From contig JBGUGD010000004.1 in NCBI GenBank assembly GCA_041697335.1, positions 64,001 to 128,000 of the forward strand: a stretch of DNA of 64,000 bases, given 5' to 3'. How positions within the stretch are numbered: the stretch's first letter is position 1; each line of letters begins with the position of its first letter. Positions 1-7,624 of this stretch are shown piece by piece. The DNA comes from Vampirovibrionaceae bacterium NZW_1234 (GTDB lineage: Bacteria > Cyanobacteriota > Vampirovibrionia > Vampirovibrionales > JAGQHJ01). The translations under genes were made by a program, and so were the position numbers. The notes below the pieces were generated by a model. That model searched no databases and had not been told where the DNA came from. It was given only the letters and a program-made list of their open reading frames with translations.

Positions 1-315
1 CGCTCGGACCTGCAAACGGCAAATTTGGCCACTCTCGGTGAAATTAAGCAAGCCCTGCGCTCTGTGTCTCAAAGTATGAGCAATTTGAACCCCAGCCAAC
101 GGCCCATTGGATACCAGGGTGCCTTGGAGTCGGTTCGGGATCAAACTCGTCTGTTGGAGCAACGAACGGAACAATGGGCTGGCAATGCCGATAATTCTGT
201 AGCGGGCTATCAGTCTAAAATATTGAAGCAAATGGTTGATAAAGCTGTCCGTTTAGTCAATTACACGACATATCAGCTCTCGGAAGTGCCTGCTTTGCAA
301 GCTCGTCAGGAGTAA
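1..315 (+). CDS. hypothetical helical protein, 5'-truncated by window edge
   Basis: Frame is open from base 1 to TAA at 313-315; no recognisable motif. Confidence 0.55.
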   Translation, partial: RSDLQTANLATLGEIKQALRSVSQSMSNLNPSQRPIGYQGALESVRDQTRLLEQRTEQWAGNADNSVAGYQSKILKQMVDKAVRLVNYTTYQLSEVPALQARQE

Positions 316-359
316 GTGGGTATGTTTCAGATGTCCTTCGCTGTCATATTGATGCGGTA

Positions 360-944
360 GTGCATCCCATGGACACAACATCACCGGATCTGATGCATCT
401 CCATCGCCACGCCATGGTGACACTGGACAGTCAGCTAGGCCCTTTACAAGCCCAGTATCAACCCTATCTGGCCTGTCGTAAAGGCTGTTTCAGCTGTTGT
501 GAAACCCAGTACAAAATCCGTTATAGCGAAGCTGTATTTTTAGTGGAAGGGTTTCAACAAGCTCCTAAGGATGTTCAGGAACAAATCCGAGCGAATTTGA
601 GAGGCGAGGGGCCTACCCCAGTTAGTTACTGTCCTGTTCTGATTGAGGGTGCCTGCTCCCTGTATGAGCATCGCCCAGCCTTGTGTCGAGCCTATGGGTT
701 GGTACTGAAATTGGGTCCGGATTTATCGACATGCCCCTTAAACTTTAACGGGTTGCCGCGTCAACACCTTCAGGTTTTGGACATCAACCCCTACTATGAG
801 TTACTCGATGAGTTATCGCAGCGGCTTTGGGCTGAATGTTCCGAGAGTGAACCCGCAGAGAATAACGTAGCTCCGAACCTCAGTATTCGGGATTATTTGG
901 ACCGGATGCTCCATCCTGGCTCGTCATCATCTGAAATTGTTTAA
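360..944 (+). CDS. YkgJ-family cysteine-cluster protein (start may be ATG 369)
   Basis: CxxGCxxCC...CPVL...CSLYEHRPALCRAY signature. Confidence 0.85.
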   Translation: MHPMDTTSPDLMHLHRHAMVTLDSQLGPLQAQYQPYLACRKGCFSCCETQYKIRYSEAVFLVEGFQQAPKDVQEQIRANLRGEGPTPVSYCPVLIEGACSLYEHRPALCRAYGLVLKLGPDLSTCPLNFNGLPRQHLQVLDINPYYELLDELSQRLWAECSESEPAENNVAPNLSIRDYLDRMLHPGSSSSEIV

Positions 945-1429
945 AACCGCTCTTCGCTGCCAGGAGAATACACATCCACGGATTCGGCCTCCCCACCTCC
1001 GCCGACATAAGGTGCTAATGGCTTTGAAGATTGCCATAGTGTACGCAGATCCTTCGGGAGTTGCGCGGCCACATCGTTGGCTTCCCCTTCCGTGAGCTGT
1101 TGCTGTAACGCGTAGAAAACGGCTTGGGTCAGTTTTTCACCGGGGACGTTCAAACGGCTGCCTTCTTGTTCTACCGCATCGACAAACTCAATCCGGGTTT
1201 CTTTGCTGGGGCGGCTGAAGGGCTCTTTAAGCCTTTCCAGCAAGGGGTGTTGTCCTTTCCATAATTTCTTTAAGGCAGTCGGGAGTTGGGCATCTACATC
1301 CTCGGCTTCGTCTTTGGTAATCCGATGGCTCAGGTGGCGAAATACAATTTCCGTGGCGTGCTTGGCCTCTTCCAAGTCATTTAGACCCGCTTCTTCCTGA
1401 ACAATCCGAAAAAACGTGTTGGGATGCAT
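941..1429 (-). CDS. DUF2267-type protein, two tandem repeats
   Basis: Duplicated AVFxxL...EAxDVxAQLPxxLxxLW motif; GGAGG-type RBS upstream. Confidence 0.8.
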   Translation of the reverse strand: MHPNTFFRIVQEEAGLNDLEEAKHATEIVFRHLSHRITKDEAEDVDAQLPTALKKLWKGQHPLLERLKEPFSRPSKETRIEFVDAVEQEGSRLNVPGEKLTQAVFYALQQQLTEGEANDVAAQLPKDLRTLWQSSKPLAPYVGGGGEAESVDVYSPGSEERF

Positions 1430-1607
1430 AAGATCGCCCTCCTCTATGATGTGAGTGGATTATTGTAGCCGGTTATCAACCCTGCATCTGAGTATCGCGT
1501 GTTGTTACTTGAAGATAATCTAGTCAAACAGGTAACAAAAATTTTCCACAACTGGATAATTTTTTCACGGTGCCGAATAATAGACACAACCGTGTGGAGT
1601 TGAATCT

Positions 1608-2735
1608 GTGGATCCGATGCAGCCTCGAGACCCGGAAGTCTCAATGTTTGAATCGAAAAGACCCTTGCCAGCCGCTGAGCGCGATGGGTTTCGACATCGA
1701 GGATTTAGCTTTCGCAAAAAAGCCGGGACCACCCGGACGCATCTCTCAAAGCTGATGTGGCAATCACATCAGGATTGGTTGCGCTTGGGGACGAGCTGTC
1801 TGGTTCGTCAGTTTCCAAAGTTAGGACCGAAGCCAGTGCCGGATGATGGGCGTGGCTATCAGTATTCACCGTCGGTATCTGATCCGGACGATTTTTCGTT
1901 TATTCTCGTAGGCGATACCGGCATGAACTCGCCCGGCCAGTATCTCGTCTCAACGGCCATATCGCACCAGACGGTTTATCCCAGTGACTTTTGCCTGATT
2001 TTGGGCGATGTTATGTATCCGGCAGGGGGTGCTGAAGGCTATCGTTATGGTTTACTGGAGGCATTTCGGCATTATAAAAAACCTATTTTGGCTGTTCCAG
2101 GGAATCATGATTGGTATGATCAGTTAGAGGCCTATCGCCGCTTTTTTATCTCTGGAGATATCCCCTCACACTTAAGCAGTGAGTATGCTTGGGCTTCACC
2201 TCAATTGCCCAATTGGTATTATTATATGGACTTTGGCAATGCGCTTCGTGTGATTTGCCTGGATACCGGAATTTCGGGTGAGTTGGCCCAAAACCAAGAA
2301 GCTCAATTAGATTGGTTGGATGGGCTCTTGGAAACAGCCGGCCCTCGCAAGGTTATTTTGGTAACGCATCACCCTCTGTATTCATTGACACAACGGCCAC
2401 ATGAAAGACGTTTGCGTCAATGGCTTCTTCCCCGCTTAAAGAAAGCGAATGTTGTGGCTGTTTTCTCTGGTCATGATCACAGTTATCAGAGACATGTGGT
2501 GGCGGGGTGCCATCATGTTGTCCAAGGGGCAGGCGGGGCCAGTCTCCATCCTTTGCCGGATTCAGCGATTGTGGTTAACCCCGATGGGACCAGGACAGTT
2601 CTTCAGAAGCAATCCGCCTTCTGGGACAAGCATTATTCGTTCATTCATTGCCAGTATCGTTCAGGGCAATTAACTTGCACGACTCTTTCGGCCCATGAGG
2701 TTCCAGGGTATAGACTCGATCGGTTCGTGCTCTAG
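1608..2735 (+). CDS. calcineurin-like metallophosphoesterase (purple acid phosphatase-like)
   Basis: GDTG, GDVMY, GNHDW, HHP and GHDH motifs. Confidence 0.9.
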   Translation: MDPMQPRDPEVSMFESKRPLPAAERDGFRHRGFSFRKKAGTTRTHLSKLMWQSHQDWLRLGTSCLVRQFPKLGPKPVPDDGRGYQYSPSVSDPDDFSFILVGDTGMNSPGQYLVSTAISHQTVYPSDFCLILGDVMYPAGGAEGYRYGLLEAFRHYKKPILAVPGNHDWYDQLEAYRRFFISGDIPSHLSSEYAWASPQLPNWYYYMDFGNALRVICLDTGISGELAQNQEAQLDWLDGLLETAGPRKVILVTHHPLYSLTQRPHERRLRQWLLPRLKKANVVAVFSGHDHSYQRHVVAGCHHVVQGAGGASLHPLPDSAIVVNPDGTRTVLQKQSAFWDKHYSFIHCQYRSGQLTCTTLSAHEVPGYRLDRFVL

Positions 2736-3635
2736 AGCAAGCCAAGGCGGAGCCATTACCCGCAATTTCTCAGGGTAGATGCCAATTGTCATCTTGCGAT
2801 AAAAGGTGTAAATGTCGCCGTCAACGTCCACATCAACGGGAGTTTTCAGGCGGATTTCAATGGTCTTAAGTTGCTGATGGTGGATTTCTTTACACAACGT
2901 GTGGTCGTGCTTTTTTAAGAACACGCGAACGTAGAGCTTCGGGATCTCCCACCAACGCCGCCAGCTGAGATAGTACAGATCGAGCCAATGACTTTTTAGA
3001 TGGGCCTTTGGGGCAATGGGAAAGCCACCGCCGTGGTATTTGGCGTTCCCCACAACCAAGTGTGGGGTCCGAATCTTTTTGGGGGGCTGATCATCAATCT
3101 GAATGCTCAGGCTGTGACGGGGTTTTTTTCGAAAAAGGTAGGAAAACGCACCCCAATATAGTGCTCCTCTGCCGAATAGTGATTTTAGAGAGCGCTTGGC
3201 GGTTTTCGTTACCTCGGGACCAAATCCCATACTTGTTGCACAGGTAAAGCAGATACGCTGGTTGATTAAGCCCATGTCAACGGCGTGTATGTGGCCTTCA
3301 AGCATGGCTTTTAATGCCAGTTGCGGGTTTAACGGTATTTCTAGGGAGCGGGCAAAGTCATTGCCTGTGCCGACGGGGATAATTCCAAAGGTAAATAAAT
3401 GCAGATTCCGATGGCCGATGGCGTTGAGAATACGGTGCAAGGTTCCATCTCCGCCGATGAGAATAAGGTATTGGTGCTGTTGGTTTTTGGTGGCGCACTG
3501 AACCAGTGAGGGCAGATCCTCCAAGGTTACCCATTCATAAGTCAGCCCCAATTCTTCTAAAACACGGGCCAATTCGACTTTAGATACCCCTTTGGCATTG
3601 CCTGCCGCCGGGTTTACAAGCAATTTTATGACCAT
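2670..3635 (-). CDS. diacylglycerol/lipid kinase (YegS/BmrU family)
   Basis: NPAAG, GGDGT, GTGNDFAR, GGG and DGD motifs. Confidence 0.9.
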   Translation of the reverse strand: MVIKLLVNPAAGNAKGVSKVELARVLEELGLTYEWVTLEDLPSLVQCATKNQQHQYLILIGGDGTLHRILNAIGHRNLHLFTFGIIPVGTGNDFARSLEIPLNPQLALKAMLEGHIHAVDMGLINQRICFTCATSMGFGPEVTKTAKRSLKSLFGRGALYWGAFSYLFRKKPRHSLSIQIDDQPPKKIRTPHLVVGNAKYHGGGFPIAPKAHLKSHWLDLYYLSWRRWWEIPKLYVRVFLKKHDHTLCKEIHHQQLKTIEIRLKTPVDVDVDGDIYTFYRKMTIGIYPEKLRVMAPPWLALEHEPIESIPWNLMGRKSRAS

Positions 3636-3786
3636 AAGAAAAATCTCATGAGTCTTGTGCGTTCTCTGTCCCTGCTGGTATGTTAGCGAACAAACCCGTT
3701 ATGGGTTATTGCCTACTCAGGTAGTGGTATCAAGGCCCTGGCGAGCGCATTGTGAACGGGTTTTTCCGTGAAAGGCTCGGGGGCTG

Positions 3787-3817
3787 TTGCATCGGAATTT
3801 TATTGGTGGTATAAAAT
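3787..3817 (+). promoter_or_regulatory. putative sigma70 promoter of rpsT
   Basis: TTGCAT-N17-TATAAA(AT). Confidence 0.5.
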
Positions 3818-3874
3818 GTTATCCATAATTTACGATGCAGTCGAATGCATGACCAGTTAAAAGGAGTGTCCCCG

Positions 3875-4141
3875 GTGCCCAATATCAAGTCCGCCAAAAA
3901 ACGTGTTGACGTTGCTGAGCGTAATCGTCTTCGGAATCAAGCTTACAAGTCGGCCATTCGGACGTCCATTAAGCGTGTTCTGGAGTCTGTGCAAGACAAG
4001 GCAGACGCTGCGCAGATTCAAGAGCGTTTGGCCAAGGCCTACAGCTTGATTGATCGGGCCATTTTGAAAGGTATTCTCCACAAAAATACCGGTGCCCGCT
4101 ACAAAGCTCGCGTGGCTAAAGCGGCTAACAAAGCAGCCTAG
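3875..4141 (+). CDS. rpsT: 30S ribosomal protein S20
   Basis: PNIKSAKKR...RNRLRNQAYKS...KGILHKNTGARYK; AAGGAG RBS before GTG 3875. Confidence 0.97.
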   Translation: MPNIKSAKKRVDVAERNRLRNQAYKSAIRTSIKRVLESVQDKADAAQIQERLAKAYSLIDRAILKGILHKNTGARYKARVAKAANKAA

Positions 4142-4162
4142 TTGGTTTTTTAAGTTGTTTTC

Positions 4163-4203
4163 AAAGCACCCTGGTCGTTTCGGTCTGGGTGCTTTTGAGT
4201 TTT
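4163..4203 (+). terminator. intrinsic terminator after rpsT
   Basis: AAAGCACCC...GGGTGCTTT stem followed by T-rich tail. Confidence 0.75.
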
Positions 4204-4247
4204 GAACCTCAAAATTAGGCAGCCCAAAGAGACTCAGAAAATTTGAC

Positions 4248-4333
4248 AAAAAAAACTCTCTGAATCTTCGAAAATACGAGAATGCAGAGAGTCGATAGGA
4301 ATTGAGAGTTAGGAGAAGAAAGTGATGTTTTGT
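4248..4333 (-). ncRNA. candidate trans-acting sRNA with anti-Shine-Dalgarno seed
   Basis: C/U-rich 5' part (CUUCUCCUAACUCUCAAUUCCUA), then an ACUCUCUG/CAGAGAGU stem and U-tail; promoter-like motif at 4339-4368; 5' end estimated. Confidence 0.65.
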
Positions 4334-4338
4334 ATATA

Positions 4339-4368
4339 TATAAAAACGATTTTTTTAGGGCCTGTGCC
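4339..4368 (-). promoter_or_regulatory. recurrent promoter-like motif, copy 1
   Basis: GGCA-N16-CGTTTTTATA. Confidence 0.55.
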
Positions 4369-4530
4369 GAAGTTTAAATAAATGTAACAGTCCGAATACT
4401 GGAATTAAGGATTCCTTAAGGATTTACGCCGAGGGAGGCATGCAAGAGGCTAAACTTTCCAAGCCTTTGGCCGATAAGGGTAGAGAGCCCCAGAGCCAGT
4501 TCAATAGAATAAATCGTGTAGGGAACCAGG

Positions 4531-5106
4531 GTGTTGAAACCAGTCAAGGCCAAGCAATCGGGATTTACGTATTTTGAGGCCATTATTGCCTTAATTTTCA
4601 TTGGTATTGTGGCCATGTTGACTTTGCCTGGCATGATTTTCACCTCATCTAATAGCACTGCGCTTTATCGCACCAAGAACATGGCTGCTCAAATCCAGGA
4701 GGTCTCTATGGGGGGACGTTTTGGCTGGTCCATTATGGAAAAGCTCAAGTATGTGAATAAAATTTCTTCTGGCAATGTCAATATCAGCCTCAAGCCCTGT
4801 ACCGGGCAACAGGCGAGTACCTGTTGTACCACCATGAATCCCTGTTATCGTTTCTCGGACGGGGGGATTTTGCGCTATGATGGCTACAGTAACTCTGCCG
4901 GGGGGCCTGGTGGGATAGTATATGTCAATACAATGTCCTATTCTTACGATCCCGATGGGGCTGGTGTCATCAAGCCGGCAGAGTTGGTGTATCTTCACGC
5001 TACAGGCCGAATTGTATCTCGAGAAGTCTATTGGAAAGATGTCATCGGATCGACCAATGCAGGGTATAAAGATCCAGCCTATTTGAAGCCTTGGACCAAA
5101 TACTAG
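4531..5106 (+). CDS. type IV pilin / pseudopilin-like protein
   Basis: Class III signal KQSG|FTYFE followed by a hydrophobic helix; YDPDG and DPAY C-terminal motifs. Confidence 0.8.
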   Translation: MLKPVKAKQSGFTYFEAIIALIFIGIVAMLTLPGMIFTSSNSTALYRTKNMAAQIQEVSMGGRFGWSIMEKLKYVNKISSGNVNISLKPCTGQQASTCCTTMNPCYRFSDGGILRYDGYSNSAGGPGGIVYVNTMSYSYDPDGAGVIKPAELVYLHATGRIVSREVYWKDVIGSTNAGYKDPAYLKPWTKY

Positions 5107-5351
5107 GCACTTTACCTCTTTTGGATTCTGCTCTGAAACCAGATACGGTGCTAAATTTTTCATGCAACTCGGTGAAACATGCCATGTCGGGCTTTGTAGT
5201 GAGCTTGTATCCAGGCTAAAAGCCTGAAAATAAGACTTTACAAGCGGTCATGGTTTCAATATGATTCTTAACCAAATATAATCAACGAGAGGGGGCAACC
5301 CGGTTCGGGGGTTATATGGGTTGTGTAATTTACTGAGAAGGAGGCAGGTAT

Positions 5352-6833
5352 ATGTCCAGCACAGTGGCCCAAAAAACGGTTTTTAAGAATCTGATTGATG
5401 GTGTTTGGGTGTCCAAGGACACCACATTTGCGGTTGAGAATCCCGCAACCAAAGAAATTATTGCTGAGGTTCCCCGGTGTACCAAAGAAGATGTGGATCA
5501 GGCGGTTCGAGGCGCTCGTCTGGCCTTTGAAAGCGGCAAATGGTCTAAAATGTCCGCCAGTGAACGGGGGCGTTTGCTGTTTAAAACGGCTGAACTGATT
5601 CGTGCCCATGCCGATGAACTGGCTGAATTGGAAACCCGCTCTAACGGCAAACCCATTCGGGAGACCCGATTCGTGGATGTGGTCCTGGCAGCCGATTGTT
5701 TTGAGTACTATGCCGGTATGGCCAACAAGATCCACGGGGAAACCATTCCGGCCCCCGGAAACACGCTGAACTATACACTGCGTGAGCCGCTAGGGGTAGT
5801 GGGTCAAATTATCCCCTGGAATTTCCCGTTGCTGATGGCTGCCTGGAAAATTGCCCCTGCCCTGGCGGCAGGCAACACCGTGGTGTTAAAGCCAGCCTCG
5901 GTAACGCCCTTAAGTGCCCTTCGTTTAGGTGAACTCTTGATGGAAGCCGGTGTACCCGGTGGCGTGGTTAATATTATCACTGGCCCCGGTGCCGAAATCG
6001 GTGAGTATCTGGCCAATCATCCTGGGGTAGATAAGGTCGCCTTCACGGGTGAAACCGAAACGGGTCGCCTGATTATGCAAGCGGCCTCCAAGACCATTAA
6101 AAACGTGTCTTTGGAGTTGGGCGGCAAGTCCCCGAACATCGTCTTTGCCGATGCAGATTTTGATAAGGCCATTGAAGGATGTTTGTTCGCCATTTACTTT
6201 AACCAGGGTCAGGTCTGCTGTGCCGGTAGCCGTCTCTTTGTGGAAGACAGCATCTACGACAAATTTGTAGAGACCTTTGTTCAGCGGGCCAAGCAAATCC
6301 GGGTTGGTAACCCCTTGGAGACCGATACCCAAATGGGTGCTTTGGTCAGTAAGGACCAAATGGAAAAAGTCTTGGCATACATTGAAAAAGGTCAAAAAGA
6401 AGGCGCAAAACTGCTGACCGGTGGCAAACAGCGCACGGATCTGCCAGGCTACTTCATTGAGCCCACCGTCTTTGCGGAAGTCAAGAATGATATGTGCATT
6501 GCCAAAGAAGAGATCTTTGGACCTGTGGTCAGTATCATTCGCTTTAAAGGTGAAGAAGATGTGGTACGCCAAGCAAATGATACCATTTATGGCTTGGCTA
6601 GCGCTGTTTGGACCCGTGATCTGACCAAGGCTCACCGTGTTGCCCGGGCCATCCAGGCAGGAACCGTTTGGGTGAATTGTTACAACCAATTGCCCAACGA
6701 GTCTCCTTTCGGAGGCTACAAGCAGTCCGGCATTGGCCGTGAGTTGGGCATCCATGCGTTGGAGCTGTATACCCAGGTCAAAAACGTTTACGTGGATTTG
6801 AACGAAAAACCGATGAACTGGTACAAATCCTAG
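5352..6833 (+). CDS. NAD(P)-dependent aldehyde dehydrogenase
   Basis: PWNFP, LELGGKSP, catalytic QVCCAG, EEIFGP, PFGGYKQSG; AAGGAGG RBS. Confidence 0.97.
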   Translation: MSSTVAQKTVFKNLIDGVWVSKDTTFAVENPATKEIIAEVPRCTKEDVDQAVRGARLAFESGKWSKMSASERGRLLFKTAELIRAHADELAELETRSNGKPIRETRFVDVVLAADCFEYYAGMANKIHGETIPAPGNTLNYTLREPLGVVGQIIPWNFPLLMAAWKIAPALAAGNTVVLKPASVTPLSALRLGELLMEAGVPGGVVNIITGPGAEIGEYLANHPGVDKVAFTGETETGRLIMQAASKTIKNVSLELGGKSPNIVFADADFDKAIEGCLFAIYFNQGQVCCAGSRLFVEDSIYDKFVETFVQRAKQIRVGNPLETDTQMGALVSKDQMEKVLAYIEKGQKEGAKLLTGGKQRTDLPGYFIEPTVFAEVKNDMCIAKEEIFGPVVSIIRFKGEEDVVRQANDTIYGLASAVWTRDLTKAHRVARAIQAGTVWVNCYNQLPNESPFGGYKQSGIGRELGIHALELYTQVKNVYVDLNEKPMNWYKS

Positions 6834-6871
6834 GATAGGCTTTTTTCCAAGTCACGTTCTAACGTAAATTA

Positions 6872-6901
6872 AAAGAGGCGTTGAAAAACGCCTCTTTCTT
6901 T
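6872..6901. terminator. bidirectional intrinsic terminator
   Basis: AAAGAGGCGTT-GAAA-AACGCCTCTTT between convergent genes. Confidence 0.85.
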
Positions 6902-6937
6902 GTCTGCTGTATGATTGATGGTAGAGAAAATAACGTC

Positions 6938-7120
6938 TCAGGACGCCCAGAAGTTATCCCAATCTTCAATATCGCTCGTATCAAAGTGGCTGCGAGTCAG
7001 AGCACGGAGCTGTTCCTGTTCTCGATGCCGGTTCTTTATCGAGGGTGGCTTTTTGCCATGGGGCTTTCGATCGTCTTCTCGGCTGTGGTTGGTTTTCGGT
7101 TTGGTGAGTTGTTTTTGCAT
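6938..7120 (-). CDS. small hypothetical protein (60 aa)
   Basis: GGAGG 4 nt before ATG; ends just before the terminator; basic N-terminus and acidic/aromatic C-terminus. Confidence 0.6.
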   Translation of the reverse strand: MQKQLTKPKTNHSREDDRKPHGKKPPSIKNRHREQEQLRALTRSHFDTSDIEDWDNFWAS

Positions 7121-7421
7121 GGGTCCTCCAGAATTTGTACCCCCCTGAGCTCACTGTGAATTCTACATGGATTTGAAATAAGGGCCATCACCTAAGTGGT
7201 GGGATTCCAGTCAAGGTCCTGGATGAATGGATTTCCCAATATGAAACATGTTTTTATCCAGAGGGAGCCCGACTAACAAGGGTGCTAATAGAATCCCGAG
7301 AGACGTGAAAAAAACAGATAGTAATTCAAATTAAAGATGAAATAAGTGCTGATATTTAATATTTGGTTACAATTTGTGGCCTTGCCTAGCAACTTTTTTT
7401 TTGAGAAGGTTTAATCTGAGT

Positions 7422-7490
7422 ATGAAAGACATTGTTCTAAACGTCGCTCAAGCGAACCATCATCATCAGCACCATCCCATAAGGAGATGA
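7422..7490 (+). CDS. His-rich leader peptide MKDIVLNVAQANHHHQHHPIRR
   Basis: 22-codon ORF with 5 His in 6 codons, embedded in attenuator hairpins. Confidence 0.65.
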   Translation: MKDIVLNVAQANHHHQHHPIRR

Positions 7491-7575
7491 TGGTCGCATC
7501 ACGTGCTGTTTAACAAGATTTGCTGAAGCCACTGTCATCTCCCTTCCGGAACCGACAGTGGTTTCTTCTTTGCTT
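7452..7575 (+). promoter_or_regulatory. ribosome-mediated transcription attenuator
   Basis: 1:2 stem 7456-7464/7486-7494; antiterminator 7483-7494/7531-7542; terminator 7525-7536/7554-7565 plus TTCTTT. Confidence 0.65.
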
Positions 7576-7624
7576 GAATTTTTCCAAGGTTACCCCCGTT
7601 CTATCTACTCTGAGACCCTGATTT

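Noticed and set aside
4322..4381. Short plus-strand ORF after AGGAG at 4311
   Set aside because: AT-rich 19-codon ORF overlapping the promoter motif; the minus-strand sRNA explains the terminator polarity better
5925..6755. Long antisense ORFs (also 24678..25397, 49262..50008, 50423..51160)
   Set aside because: Shadows of well-conserved genes on the opposite strand
7229..7258. Seventh copy of the recurrent promoter motif
   Set aside because: TGTTTTTAT is present but the upstream RKCA element is missing at the required spacing
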